Shown in pieces: positions 1 through 9,335 of a stretch of DNA of 64,000 nt. Position numbers and translations under genes: made by a program. Where the stretch lies: NCBI GenBank assembly GCA_963716255.1, contig OY970303.1:1792001-1856000 (forward strand), in the 5' to 3' direction. The stretch comes from an uncultured Gemmatimonadales bacterium (lineage in GTDB: Bacteria; Gemmatimonadota; Gemmatimonadetes; Longimicrobiales; Longimicrobiaceae). The notes under the pieces are model-generated. The model was given only the letters and a program-made list of their open reading frames with translations, was not told the DNA's origin and did not search any database. Within the stretch, counting starts at the first letter, position 1; each line of letters opens with the position of its first letter.

Positions 1-183
1 CTGGTGATCGCCGGCTTCTCGCAGGGGATCGTGGGCATGCGCGAGGGCGCCACGCGCCGCCTCATCGTCCCGCCGTCGCTGGGCTACGGCAGCGTCGACG
101 TCAAGGACCGGAACACCGGGGCGGTGATCATCCCGGCGAACTCCACCATCGTGTTCGACGTCGGCATCCTGCGGGTGCGCTGA
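1..183 (+). CDS. FKBP-type peptidyl-prolyl isomerase, C-terminal part (5' truncated by window edge)
   Basis: Frame 1 reads LVIAGFSQGIVGMREGATRRLIVPPSLGYG...IPANSTIVFDV, the FKBP signature; TGA at 181-183. Confidence 0.9.
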   Translation: MVIAGFSQGIVGMREGATRRLIVPPSLGYGSVDVKDRNTGAVIIPANSTIVFDVGILRVR

Positions 184-206
184 ATGGGGGGAGTGGAGGA
201 GGGGGC

Positions 207-644
207 ATGAGCGACCAGGCACTTCTCGCCGTCACGGACGACCTGTGGGTGCCGCGCGCGGAGCTGGACTTCCGCGCGTCGCGCTCCGGGGGGCCGGGGG
301 GGCAGCACGTCAACACCTCGTCCACCAAGGTGGAGCTCACCTGGAGCGTGGCGGGCTCCCCCTCCCTCAGCGAGGAGCAGCGCGCCCGCGTGCTGGACAA
401 GCTCGCCAACCGCATCGACGGCGAGGGCGTGCTGCACCTGGCCGCCAGCGAGCACCGCAGCCAGCACCAGAACCGCGAGGCGGCCGTGGAGCGCTTCGTG
501 GAGCTGGTGCGCGCGGCACTGCACGTTCCCAGGCCGCGCAGGAAGACCCGCCCCACCCGCGCCTCCCGCGAGGTGCGCCTCCAGTCCAAGAAGCGCCGCT
601 CCGAGGTCAAGCGGCAGCGCGGGTCCGTCCGCCCGGACGAGTAG
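207..644 (+). CDS. arfB: Alternative ribosome rescue peptidyl-tRNA hydrolase ArfB (YaeJ)
   Basis: SRSGGPGGQHVNT (GGQ motif), RSQHQNR, basic C-terminal tail; 145 aa; GGAGG RBS. Confidence 0.95.
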   Translation: MSDQALLAVTDDLWVPRAELDFRASRSGGPGGQHVNTSSTKVELTWSVAGSPSLSEEQRARVLDKLANRIDGEGVLHLAASEHRSQHQNREAAVERFVELVRAALHVPRPRRKTRPTRASREVRLQSKKRRSEVKRQRGSVRPDE

Positions 645-672
645 CCGCGGTTTTCCACGGGATCCGGCAACC

Positions 673-688
673 GGGCATTCCTCTTGCA
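673..688 (+). promoter_or_regulatory. Putative sigma54 -24/-12 promoter
   Basis: GGGCATTCCTCTTGCA: GG-N10-GC with TTGC, about 70 bp upstream of the gene at 757. Confidence 0.5.
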
Positions 689-756
689 CCTGTGCCGGGC
701 GACGGCCGCAGGGGCGGCCGGAGTGATGAAACTCACCCGAGAGAGCCGAGGGACCC

Positions 757-1020
757 ATGGAATTCATCTGGATGCTCATCATCGGCCTGGTCGCCGGCGC
801 GATCGCGAAGTTCATCATGCCGGGGAAGGATCCGGGCGGCATCATCGTGACCATCCTGCTCGGGATCGCGGGCTCGTTCGTGGGCGGGCTGCTGGCCAAC
901 ATGCTCGGGCGCGGCGGGGACGGCGACAACACCGCGGGGTTCATCGGCTCCATCATCGGCGCGCTGATCCTGCTCTTCCTGTACCGCATGATCGTCGGCC
1001 GCCGCCACACGCGGGTGTGA
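757..1020 (+). CDS. GlsB/YeaQ/YmgE (transglycosylase-associated) stress membrane protein
   Basis: 87 aa, IIGLVAGAIAKFIMPG...TILLGIAGSFVGG...IGSIIGALILL, three TM helices. Confidence 0.92.
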   Translation: MEFIWMLIIGLVAGAIAKFIMPGKDPGGIIVTILLGIAGSFVGGLLANMLGRGGDGDNTAGFIGSIIGALILLFLYRMIVGRRHTRV

Positions 1021-1051
1021 TCGTGTCCTGACGCTCCCGGGGTTCTGTCGA

Positions 1052-1083
1052 GCGGGGTCGTCCTTCGGGGCGGCCCCGTTTTT
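1052..1083 (+). terminator. Intrinsic terminator
   Basis: GCGGGGTCGTCC-TTCG-GGGCGGCCCCGT followed by a T tract, just after the gene ending at 1020. Confidence 0.75.
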
Positions 1084-1094
1084 CGTTGGATCAA

Positions 1095-1235
1095 GGTGTC
1101 GTGGCGGGCCGCTACGGAGCCGGACGATACTGCCGTCCGTCTCCTCCGCGGGCTCCGGGAGCCAGGCCAAACGGCCGGCCTGTCTCCCCTCGCCGGAGGG
1201 AGCCTCACGCAAACAGCCTCGTGAGTCTCCCTCCG
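1095..1235 (-). repeat. Structured repeat family B, copy 1 (three tandem GAGAC-stem-loop-stem-GGCTC modules)
   Basis: Reverse complement aligns colinearly with 30701-30843; stems differ but stay complementary. Confidence 0.8.
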
Positions 1236-1307
1236 TCAAAGATCATATGGGTACGACCAACAGCAACGGCGGAACGGCGCCCGAAGGGGCACCGATCCGC
1301 CGTTCGC

Positions 1308-1345
1308 CGTGCTCCCCTTGCGGGGAGGGGGCCGGGGGGAGGGGG
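1308..1345 (-). repeat. REP-like palindrome, family D
   Basis: CGTGCTCCCCTTGCGGGGAGGGGGCCGGGGGGAGGGGG; related copies near 4214, 48068, 56284, 59189. Confidence 0.65.
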
Positions 1346-1370
1346 TCCCGCCGACGCCAGCGCGAGACCC

Positions 1371-1508
1371 GCGTGAGGGATTCCGGCCCGGAGGGGCGAG
1401 ACCCGACAGCAGTATCGTCGGGGCTCGACTCCGTTGAGCAGCGTTGTTTGCTGCTCTACGGAGCCGAAGCCCGACCCCGGCGTCAGCCGGGGGCACGCCC
1501 GAACCCGC
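1371..1508 (+). repeat. Structured repeat family A, copy 1 (candidate ncRNA motif)
   Basis: GCGTGAGGGAT...GAAGCCCGACCCC...GGGGCACGCCCGAAC; inner hairpin GAGCAGC-GTTGTTT-GCTGCTC. Confidence 0.9.
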
Positions 1509-1524
1509 AGTGAAATCCGTACCT

Positions 1525-2487
1525 TCACCGTCCAGGATCGGCACGAACCAGGACCACGCCGGAAAGCGTCACCGCCACGCCCACCAGCGCCAGCGGGCCG
1601 GGGCGCTCGCCCAGCCACAGCGCGCCGATGGCCAGCGCCACCAGCGGCGTGAGGTTGGAAAAGATCGCCGTGCGCGTGTTGCCGATCCGCTCCACGCCGC
1701 GGTACCAGATCAGGTACGCCAGCCCGATGGACAGGACCGCCGAAAAGAACAGCCCGCCCCACGCCCCCGCGCCCACCGCCTCCCAGTCCTGGCCCAGCAG
1801 GCCGGGGGTCCCCAGCGCCAGCAGCCCCAGCGTCCCCACCCAAAGCGTCCACGCCGTGGTCCGCACCGAGCCGTACTTCTGCACCACGGGGCGCGCGCCC
1901 ACGGTGTAGAGCGCCCAGGCGAAGGAGGCGCCCAGCAGGATCAGGTCGCCCGCCAGGGCGCGCTTGCTCCCGCTCCCCAGCGTCAGCGCGCTCCCCGTCA
2001 CCAGCGCCACCCCCGTGGCCGCCAGCCCCGCGCCCATCCAGGTGCGCGGACCCGGGCGCTCGTGCCCCGTCACCGCAGACAGGATGGCGGTGAACACCGG
2101 CGTCAGCGCCAGGATCAGGCTGGCGTGGCCGGCCAGCGTGCGGTCCAGCCCCAGGATGAACGCCATCTGGTAGACCACGTTCCCCAGCACCCCCAGCGCC
2201 AGGATCCGCGGCCAGTCGCGGCGCTCGGGGAGCTCCAGCGGCCCCTGCGCGCGCAGCACCACGAACACGAACGCCGAGGCGATGGGGTAGCGCAGGGCGT
2301 TGAACGCCAGCGGGTCGAACGCCTCCAGCGCGATCTTCACCACCGAGAAGTTCACCCCCCACACGAACACCATCAGCGCCAGCGCCGTTTCCGTCCACCC
2401 CCAGGGCGGCACCGGCCCCGTCGCCTCCGCCCCCAGCGCGCCGTCGATCCCCTCGCCGTCCGCCCCCGCCGCTTCCATGCGTGACAT
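1525..2487 (-). CDS. DMT/EamA family transporter
   Basis: About 10 TM helices in two EamA repeats (WGVNFSVVK..., GDLILLGASFAWALYTV..., LTPLVA...LGER). Start could be 2478. Confidence 0.92.
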   Translation of the reverse strand: MSRMEAAGADGEGIDGALGAEATGPVPPWGWTETALALMVFVWGVNFSVVKIALEAFDPLAFNALRYPIASAFVFVVLRAQGPLELPERRDWPRILALGVLGNVVYQMAFILGLDRTLAGHASLILALTPVFTAILSAVTGHERPGPRTWMGAGLAATGVALVTGSALTLGSGSKRALAGDLILLGASFAWALYTVGARPVVQKYGSVRTTAWTLWVGTLGLLALGTPGLLGQDWEAVGAGAWGGLFFSAVLSIGLAYLIWYRGVERIGNTRTAIFSNLTPLVALAIGALWLGERPGPLALVGVAVTLSGVVLVRADPGR

Positions 2488-2770
2488 CCTCCGTGTATCC
2501 CGTCGCCTTCGTCCACCCGGGAAAATGCAGGCGGGAGACGGGGTGTCTCCCCTCCCCTTCGACCGGCCGGCGCGCCACCGGCGGACTCGTCCGGGCGCCC
2601 CGGAAGATCGGCGCGGCCGCCGCCGATGGCAACCCGCGCCCGCCGGCGATTTCCACGCCTGGCGGGAGGGCGAAATGACCGCTCTTGTGCGGCGCCCAAA
2701 CCGCGCATATACTGTCGGGACTTATGCGGTCGTTTGGCCGCTCCTCGGAATCCTTTGCGCAGAGGAAGAC

Positions 2771-4045
2771 ATGAGGCACACCCGTTCCGTCCCCGCCGTG
2801 GTCCTCGCACTGCTGGTCACCGCAGCGTGCGAACAGTCGGACGCGCCGCTCGGGCCCCAGCCGAGCGACGCGGCCGTGCGCGCCGCCGCCGCCCCGCAGT
2901 CGTTCCACAACCCCGACGACGAGTACGCGCGCGCGTCGCGGGCCGAGGTGCCCGGGTTCGCCGGCTTCTACCTCAAGGCCGACGGCACCCCCGTGGTGCG
3001 GCTGGTGGATCCCTCGCAGCGCGGCGCGGCGCAGCGCTACCTCGCGCAGGAGTTCATCCGCGCGCGCAACGGCCGGCACAAGGGCGCGCCCGCGCAGCCG
3101 GAGTTCGTCGACGCGGCGTACGACTTCGCGCAGCTCAAGGACTGGGCGGAGGCGCTCACCCCGCTGATGTCCACGCGCGACGACGTGTTCATGGTGGACG
3201 TGGACGAGGTGGAGAACCGCGTGCTCCTGGGCGTGGCGGACGGCGCCGCGGGCGGGGCCGTGCGCGGCGAGGCGGCGCGCCTGGGGATCCCGGCGGCCGC
3301 GGTCGCCGTGCAGACGCAGGCCAAGCCGCAGGTGCGCGCCTCGCTCCGCGACCGGCACACCACCCTCCGGGGCGGCATCCAGATCGCGTTCGGGCAGTAC
3401 CTGTGCACCCTGGGCTTCCCGGCCACGCGCAACTCCACGGGCCTGACCATCTTCGTCACCAACGCGCACTGCACCGGGACCCAGTACGCCAACGACGGCA
3501 TCGCCATCTACCAGAACACCAACGCGGCCGGCAACCAGATCGGCAACGAGGTCGCGGACCGCGGCATGTGGGCCTGCGTCGCCGGCGTCCCCTCCTGCCG
3601 CCAGGCCGACGCGGCCTACATCAGCAACAACGGCACGCGCGCCGTGGGCCGCGGCCTGATCGCGCGGACCAACTGGGCCACCGGCATGAACGCCGGTACG
3701 ACCATCGTCGGCGACTTCCGCATCGTCGCGCGCTACGCGGGCACGCTGCCGGTGGGGAGCGTCCTGGACAAGACGGGCCGCACCAGCGGCTCCACCTACG
3801 GCAACGTCACCAACTCGTGCGTGACCATCGGCGTCCTGCGCTGCCAGGACATCTCCAAGGTCTGGTCCGAGGGCGGCGACAGCGGCTCTCCGGTGTACGT
3901 GTGGCTCAGCAACAACGACGTGCAGCTGCACGGCGTCATGTGGGGCGGCCCCGGCACCGACTACACCACCACGTACTCCAGCCGGCTCGCCGGCATCGAG
4001 GCGGACCTGGGCACGCTGAGCAACCTGTGCGTGGCGGGCTGCTGA
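2771..4045 (+). CDS. Secreted/lipoprotein S1 (alpha-lytic-like) serine protease with prodomain
   Basis: Lipobox-like VTAAC; catalytic motifs TNAHC, ADAA, GDSGS; GRTSG motif. Confidence 0.88.
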   Translation: MRHTRSVPAVVLALLVTAACEQSDAPLGPQPSDAAVRAAAAPQSFHNPDDEYARASRAEVPGFAGFYLKADGTPVVRLVDPSQRGAAQRYLAQEFIRARNGRHKGAPAQPEFVDAAYDFAQLKDWAEALTPLMSTRDDVFMVDVDEVENRVLLGVADGAAGGAVRGEAARLGIPAAAVAVQTQAKPQVRASLRDRHTTLRGGIQIAFGQYLCTLGFPATRNSTGLTIFVTNAHCTGTQYANDGIAIYQNTNAAGNQIGNEVADRGMWACVAGVPSCRQADAAYISNNGTRAVGRGLIARTNWATGMNAGTTIVGDFRIVARYAGTLPVGSVLDKTGRTSGSTYGNVTNSCVTIGVLRCQDISKVWSEGGDSGSPVYVWLSNNDVQLHGVMWGGPGTDYTTTYSSRLAGIEADLGTLSNLCVAGC

Positions 4046-4070
4046 TCATCGCGGAACGGATTTGAACGGA

Positions 4071-4205
4071 CGGGTTGGGCGTGTCCCCGGCTGGCGCCGG
4101 GGTCGGGCTTCGGCTCCGTAACGCACGAAACAACCGTGCGTAACGGAGTCGAGCCCCGGCAAACTGCCGCCGGGTCTCGCCCCTCCGGGCCGAAATCCCT
4201 CACGC
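4071..4205 (-). repeat. Structured repeat family A, copy 2
   Basis: Full-length reverse copy; inner hairpin ACGCACG-GTTGTTT-CGTGCGT. Confidence 0.9.
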
Positions 4206-4213
4206 GACGGCAG

Positions 4214-4248
4214 GCCCCCTCCCCCGCAAGCGGGAGAGGGGGAGCACG
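4214..4248 (+). repeat. REP-like palindrome, family D
   Basis: CCCCCTCCCCCGCAAGCGGGAGAGGGGGAGCACG. Confidence 0.65.
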
Positions 4249-4257
4249 GCACGAAAG

Positions 4258-4297
4258 AAAAAGCCCGTCCCGGCGATGCTCGCCGGACGGGCTTTTT
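4258..4297. terminator. Bidirectional intrinsic terminator
   Basis: AAAAAGCCCGTCCCGGCGA-TGC-TCGCCGGACGGGCTTTTT between convergent genes. Confidence 0.8.
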
Positions 4298-4333
4298 GCC
4301 GTCTGCAAACTCGCGGACGCCAGCGCGATGCCC

Positions 4334-4466
4334 GCGTGAGGGATGCGAGCGCGAAGCGGCGAGACCCGCGCAGTTTGCGGGGCTCGCCTCCGTTACGCAC
4401 AGTTTTATCGTGCGTTACGGAGCCGCAGCCCGACCCGAGCGCCAGCGAGGGGCACGCCCGAACCCA
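4334..4466 (+). repeat. Structured repeat family A, copy 3 (subfamily A2)
   Basis: GCGTGAGGGATGCGAGCGCGAAGCGGCGAGAC...GAGCCGCAGCCCGACC...GGGGCACGCCCGAAC. Confidence 0.88.
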
Positions 4467-4481
4467 CAGTAAAACGCGGCC

Positions 4482-5159
4482 CTATCCGCCGCTGCCGCGA
4501 CCAACCGCAGACCCGTCGAAGTTCTCCAGCAGATCGGCGGGGTCCTCGTAGACGGCGACCGCGCCCTTGAGGTCCTCGTCGCCCCAGCCGCCGGAGCGCA
4601 CCGCGATGATGGGCACCCCCGCGCGGTTGGCGGCCTCCACGTCGTACGGCGTGTCGCCCAGCATCACCGTCTGCTCGGCGGGGAAGCCGCCCTCGTCGCG
4701 GGCGGCGTGCACGATGTCCGGGTCCGGCTTGGACGCCTCCACCTCGCTCCCGGTGGTGGCCTCCTGGATCAGGTCCTGCACCCCGGCGCGCTCCAGCAGC
4801 CCGTCCAGGTCTTCCTTGTCGGCGGAGGTGGCGATCACCAGCTTGATGCCGTCGTCGCGCATGCGGTGCAGCAGGGCGCGGGCGCCGCGCGTGGGCTGCA
4901 GCGTGGGGAGGAAGCGCTCGCGGAAGATCTCGCCCTTGCGGCCGTTGAGCTTTTCCCCCTGCTCGCTGTCCTTTTCGAAGCCCCACACCTGGGGGATCAG
5001 CTTGTCCCCGCCCATCCCGATCCGCCGCCACACCTCGCGGAGCTCGGGCACTTCCAGCCCCAGCTCCTCCGCCGCGTCCAGGAATGCCTGCGCGTGGGCC
5101 TCGTTGCTGTCGATCAGCGTGCCGTCGATGTCCAGGATCACCACCCGCACCCGGCTCAT
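4482..5159 (-). CDS. HAD family hydrolase
   Basis: ILDIDGTLIDSN motif I, ATS motif II, KPDP, LGDTPYD motif IV; ATGA overlap with the upstream gene. Confidence 0.92.
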   Translation of the reverse strand: MSRVRVVILDIDGTLIDSNEAHAQAFLDAAEELGLEVPELREVWRRIGMGGDKLIPQVWGFEKDSEQGEKLNGRKGEIFRERFLPTLQPTRGARALLHRMRDDGIKLVIATSADKEDLDGLLERAGVQDLIQEATTGSEVEASKPDPDIVHAARDEGGFPAEQTVMLGDTPYDVEAANRAGVPIIAVRSGGWGDEDLKGAVAVYEDPADLLENFDGSAVGRGSGG

Positions 5160-6709
5160 CGCGGCGCCTCCGGCGAGGCCGGCTCCACCGGCTTCAGCGG
5201 GTAGGGCGCCGGGCCGTTCAGCACCTCGCCGTCCGGCGCGAAGCGCGAGCCGTGGCAGGGGCAGTCCCAGCTGCGCTCCTCGGTGTTCCAGTGCACGATG
5301 CACCCCAGGTGCGTGCACACCGCCGAGCGCTCGATGAGCGCGCCCGACTCGTCGCGGTACGCCGCGATCCGCTGCGAGCCGCGCTGGAGCACCTTTCCCG
5401 TCCCCGGCGCGATCCCCTCCGCCGAGGCGTCGCCGGAGCGCAGCCACTCCAGGTAGCGCATCCCCACGTCCAGGGTCTCCGTCAGGAACTCCTTCACCGA
5501 CTCGCGCGACAGCGTCTTCCGCGCCGGGTCGTAGATCTTTTCCCACGGGCTGGGCCGCCCCAGCACCAGCTCCGAGATGAGCATCCCCGCGATGGTGCCG
5601 TGCGTCATCCCCTGCCCCGAGTCGCCGGTGGCGAGGTACACGTTGTCCATCCCCGATCCCGGGTCGCGCCCGATGAAGCCCACGTAGTCCACCGGCTCCA
5701 GCACCTGCCCGGACCAGCGCAGCTCCACCGACACCACCGGGAAGCGCTCCCGCGTCCACGCCTCCAGCCGGGCGTAGCGCCGGTCCGCGTCGTCGTGGTG
5801 CCCCGTCTTGTGGTCCTCGCCGCCCACCACCAGCATCTCGTGCTCCGCGTCGCCCTCCAGGGGCGCCACGCGCACGTAGTGGTACGGGTCCAGCGTGTCC
5901 CAGTACAGCCCGTGCGGCACCGCGCCCTTCTTCACCCGCGCCCCGATCACGAACGTGCGGTAGGGCGCCTGCTTGGTGTGCATGGTGAAGCGGTCGCTGA
6001 TGGGCGAGTTGGTGCACACCGCCACCGCCCCCGCCCGCACCGCGAACCCCTCGCCGCGCACCTCCGGCCGCTCCCCGCCCCGGATCTCCAGCACGTGCGT
6101 GCCGGTGTGGACGCGCCCGCCCAGACGCTCGATCGCCCCGACGAGCCCCTCCAGGTACCGGAGCGGGTGGAACTGCGCCTGCCGCGGGAAGCGCAGCGCC
6201 GGTCCGCTGTCGAAGGGGAGCCCCGGGATGCGCGGCACCACCTCCGCGTCCTCATGCCCGGCCCGGACCGCCGCGGCGCGCTCCTTTTCCAGGAGGTCCG
6301 GGGTGTCGCCGGGGGCCAGGAAGAAGTACCCGTCCACCCGTTCGTACTCGCACTCGATCCCCTCCGCCGCCGCGATCTCCCCGATGCGCTCGATGGCGGC
6401 CTGGTGGCTCTCGTGCACCCGCGCGGCGCCCTCCTCCCCGTGGATCTTCTCGATCACGTGGTAGTAGTCGTCCATCGCGCTCGCCAGGTGGGCGGTGGTC
6501 TGGCCGGTCTCCCCTCCGCCCACGGCGTTGTCGTCCAGCACCACCACGCGCCTGCCGGCCTTCGCGAGCAGGTAGGCCACGGTCATCCCCGCGATCCCGG
6601 CCCCCACCACGCACACCTCCGCCTCCGCCTCCCCGCGAAGCGGCGTGGTCTGGCGCTGCGGCCGCGTGGCTTCCCACACCGAGACCGAACGTTCCGACGA
6701 CTGCATCAT
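5156..6709 (-). CDS. FAD-dependent oxidoreductase with C-terminal Rieske [2Fe-2S] domain (YhfW-like)
   Basis: VVGAGIAG Rossmann motif; CTHLGC and WDCPCHGSRF Rieske motifs. Confidence 0.93.
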   Translation of the reverse strand: MMQSSERSVSVWEATRPQRQTTPLRGEAEAEVCVVGAGIAGMTVAYLLAKAGRRVVVLDDNAVGGGETGQTTAHLASAMDDYYHVIEKIHGEEGAARVHESHQAAIERIGEIAAAEGIECEYERVDGYFFLAPGDTPDLLEKERAAAVRAGHEDAEVVPRIPGLPFDSGPALRFPRQAQFHPLRYLEGLVGAIERLGGRVHTGTHVLEIRGGERPEVRGEGFAVRAGAVAVCTNSPISDRFTMHTKQAPYRTFVIGARVKKGAVPHGLYWDTLDPYHYVRVAPLEGDAEHEMLVVGGEDHKTGHHDDADRRYARLEAWTRERFPVVSVELRWSGQVLEPVDYVGFIGRDPGSGMDNVYLATGDSGQGMTHGTIAGMLISELVLGRPSPWEKIYDPARKTLSRESVKEFLTETLDVGMRYLEWLRSGDASAEGIAPGTGKVLQRGSQRIAAYRDESGALIERSAVCTHLGCIVHWNTEERSWDCPCHGSRFAPDGEVLNGPAPYPLKPVEPASPEAPR

Positions 6710-6763
6710 CGTGCTCCCTCCGTTCCCCGGATTCTCTTTCACGGTCGGCGAGTGGAGCGGCAC

Positions 6764-6779
6764 TGCAATGTTGGTTCCC
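6764..6779 (-). promoter_or_regulatory. Putative sigma54 promoter
   Basis: Minus strand GGGAACCAACATTGCA, GG-N10-GC, 55 bp upstream of the start at 6709. Confidence 0.45.
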
Positions 6780-6807
6780 GGCAAAGAGCTACATACCGCG
6801 GGACGGC

Positions 6808-6943
6808 GGGGTTGGGCGTGCCCCCGGCGGGCACCGGGGTCGGGCTTCGGCTCCGTAGGGCTGCAAACAACGCAGCCCAACGGAGTCGAGCCCCGACGAT
6901 ACTGCTGTCGGGTCTCGCCCCTTCGGGCCGTAATCCCTCACGC
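6808..6943 (-). repeat. Structured repeat family A, copy 4
   Basis: Inner hairpin GGGCTGC-GTTGTTT-GCAGCCC; first module loop GCAGTAT. Confidence 0.9.
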
Positions 6944-7010
6944 AACTACCGACGCGGCATCAACATCCAGCAGTTTCCCCCTCTCCCGGGATTGGGAAAT
7001 GGTGGCGAGC

Positions 7011-7880
7011 CTAAAGCGAGCCGGGTGAGGGCCACCGGGTGAGCCCCTGGGCTTCCAGCCAGAAGAAGAACGCGTCGATCCAGTGGTCGCTGCTGGTGCC
7101 CTGCCGCCGCATGCCGAAGCCGTGGCCGCCGGAGCCGAAGGCGTGGACCTCCGGCCTGTGGCCGGCCGACGTCAGCGCGTCGTGGAACCGGACCACGGGC
7201 CCCAGCGCCACCGGGTCGTCCTGCGCCCAGGCGAGGAACAGGGGCGGCAGCTTCGCCGGGATGGCCGGCATGACGCCGAACGGAGCGCCGTAGACCATCG
7301 CGGCGAAGCTCGGGCGCGCCGCGGAGTCCGCCTGGAGCAGCGCCCCGCTCGCGACCATGGCCCCCGCCGAGAAGCCCAGCATGCCCACCCGGTCGGGGGC
7401 GACGCCCCACTCCGCCGCGTGCCGCCGGACCACCCGGAGCGCCTGGATGCCGTCGGCGATGCCGTATCTGCCGGCGGAATCCATGTTCATGTTCGCCGGG
7501 ACGCCCTCCCCACGCTTCTCCACGATCCGGTACTTGAGCACGAACGCCGCGATGCCTCTTTCCTGGAGCCAGCGCGCCACGTCGCTGCCTTCCTGGCTGA
7601 TGGCCAGCGCGACGAAGTAGCCGCCGGGGGCGATGACGACGCCGGTCCCCGTCGCCCGGCCCGGCTCCGGCAGGTACGCCGTCAGCGTGGGGGTGACCAC
7701 GTTGAAGACCACCGTCCCCACGGGCGTGCCTTCGATCGTCCTTTCCTTCTGGGTCCAGCTCTCGGTGCCCGGGGCCGCGCCCGGCCAGAGGTCCACGACC
7801 TGCGCGCGGGCCGGGAGCGCCGCCAGGAGCATGAAGGCAACCGCGCCCGCGGCGCGCGCCACGCTCCGCCCCGCGCTCAT
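7011..7880 (-). CDS. Secreted alpha/beta hydrolase (esterase-like)
   Basis: Signal peptide ending ARA-Q; PGG oxyanion region, GFSAG nucleophile elbow, DDP, GGHGFG. Confidence 0.88.
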   Translation of the reverse strand: MSAGRSVARAAGAVAFMLLAALPARAQVVDLWPGAAPGTESWTQKERTIEGTPVGTVVFNVVTPTLTAYLPEPGRATGTGVVIAPGGYFVALAISQEGSDVARWLQERGIAAFVLKYRIVEKRGEGVPANMNMDSAGRYGIADGIQALRVVRRHAAEWGVAPDRVGMLGFSAGAMVASGALLQADSAARPSFAAMVYGAPFGVMPAIPAKLPPLFLAWAQDDPVALGPVVRFHDALTSAGHRPEVHAFGSGGHGFGMRRQGTSSDHWIDAFFFWLEAQGLTRWPSPGSL

Positions 7881-7888
7881 CCCCGCAC

Positions 7889-8740
7889 TCACTCCTGCCC
7901 GCCCGCGCCCGCGGCCGGCCTGAACACCGCGCGGAACGCCCGGAGGGCCGCCGGGTGGTAGATCGTGGCGTGGCGCTCCTCCGGCATCTTCTCCAGGTGC
8001 CAGCGGAGACCCGGCGGCGCGCTCCGGGAAAGGACGTCCGCGAACCGCTGCATGGTCCCGGGGGTCATCTCCTCGGCGCTGTCGGCCAGGTAGAGCGTCT
8101 TCGACAGCCCCGGCCGCCCGCGCAGCGCTTCCGCCGCGCCGTTCACCAGACCCTGGTCGTTCCACCACAGGCTGGGGTCGAACGCGATGTAGGTGTCGAA
8201 AAGGTCGGGCTCCGCCAGGAGCGTTTCCACGACGAAGAGCCCCGCGAGCGACTCCCCCACCACGGCCGTCTCGTCCGTCGTGCGGTAGCGTGCCCTGACC
8301 CGCGGCATCAGCTCCCGGCGGATGAACGCGCGGAACGCGGCCGACCCGCCCACGCGCGGCGCGATCTTCCGGTCCTCCTCGTTCCGGGTGGGTCCCGTCA
8401 TGTCCCGGCGGCGCTCGGTGTTCTCGATGCCCACCAGGATGAACGGCCGCATGGTCCCGTTGCCCACCGACACCTGCACCAGCCCCGCCACGTGCAGGAA
8501 GTCCTCGGCGATGCCGCCGTCCGGCATGTACAGCACCGGGAGGCGCGCGCCCGCGGAATCCGCGTAGCCGGGGGGCAGGTACACGTTGATGCGCCGCGTC
8601 TCGCCGAGGATCCCGGACCGGAGGGTGAACGTCTCGCCGACCACCAGCGGGCCCGCGCTCTCCGGGACCTGCGCCGCCGCGGGCGTCGGAGCGAGCCGCA
8701 GGCACGCGACCGCCGCCAGCATGATTGTTGACCTGATCAC
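7889..8740 (-). CDS. Secreted putative esterase (IroE/Fes-like alpha/beta hydrolase)
   Basis: RRINVYLPPGY, LYMPDG, RRRDMT, GESLAG nucleophile, PSLWW, ERH. Start 8740 (GTG) or 8722 (ATG). Confidence 0.88.
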   Translation of the reverse strand: MIRSTIMLAAVACLRLAPTPAAAQVPESAGPLVVGETFTLRSGILGETRRINVYLPPGYADSAGARLPVLYMPDGGIAEDFLHVAGLVQVSVGNGTMRPFILVGIENTERRRDMTGPTRNEEDRKIAPRVGGSAAFRAFIRRELMPRVRARYRTTDETAVVGESLAGLFVVETLLAEPDLFDTYIAFDPSLWWNDQGLVNGAAEALRGRPGLSKTLYLADSAEEMTPGTMQRFADVLSRSAPPGLRWHLEKMPEERHATIYHPAALRAFRAVFRPAAGAGGQE

Positions 8741-8842
8741 GCCGATCCCCCCTACGTGTGGTGTGAAATGCGCGTGGCCGACCCGCCCGGCGCTCCCAAG
8801 TTCAGGCGCGGAGGGCAGGGAGCACAAGAGCCCGCCGCCTGC

Positions 8843-8878
8843 AAAGGCGCCCCCGCCGGGAAATCCCGGCGGGGGCGC
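8843..8878 (-). terminator. Intrinsic terminator (hairpin family E)
   Basis: GCGCCCCCGCCGGG-AAAT-CCCGGCGGGGGCGC with flanking A tract. Confidence 0.65.
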
Positions 8879-8930
8879 TGGTCCGCACTCCCGCGCAGAG
8901 AGCTTCGTAATCCGTACTGCCGTTACCCGA

Positions 8931-9215
8931 TCACGCCGGCGTCCCGCGGCGCGCCGCAGCCGGCCCGGCCTCCACGCCCCGGGGAACGGGGCGGGCCATC
9001 CCTTCCCAGCCGCAACGGGGGCACCAGCGCCGCTGGATCCGGCCCAGGAGCAGCCGCGACAACGTCCGGCCCAGGGGGCCCATGCGCAACAGCAGCGTGT
9101 CGCCGTCGCACTCCGTGCAGCGCGGGTCGGCGGGGAGGAGCAGGTAGATCATCACGACGGCGAGGACGAGCTTGGCACCGAACGCGACGAACAGGAACAG
9201 CAGGTAGTACAGCAT
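8931..9215 (-). CDS. Small membrane-anchored zinc-ribbon-like protein
   Basis: 94 aa; hydrophobic N-terminus, then CTEC and CPRC pairs. Confidence 0.7.
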   Translation of the reverse strand: MLYYLLFLFVAFGAKLVLAVVMIYLLLPADPRCTECDGDTLLLRMGPLGRTLSRLLLGRIQRRWCPRCGWEGMARPVPRGVEAGPAAARRGTPA

Positions 9216-9335
9216 GCCACTTCGGGGCCGGGGGACGCGCACCGGGGGACCGGCGGCCCATGCACGCGGCGGGCCAGCCGGTCCCTCCATCCGTGTACGC
9301 GCCGGCGCGGCCGCGGTTCCGCGCCGCGGACGGTC

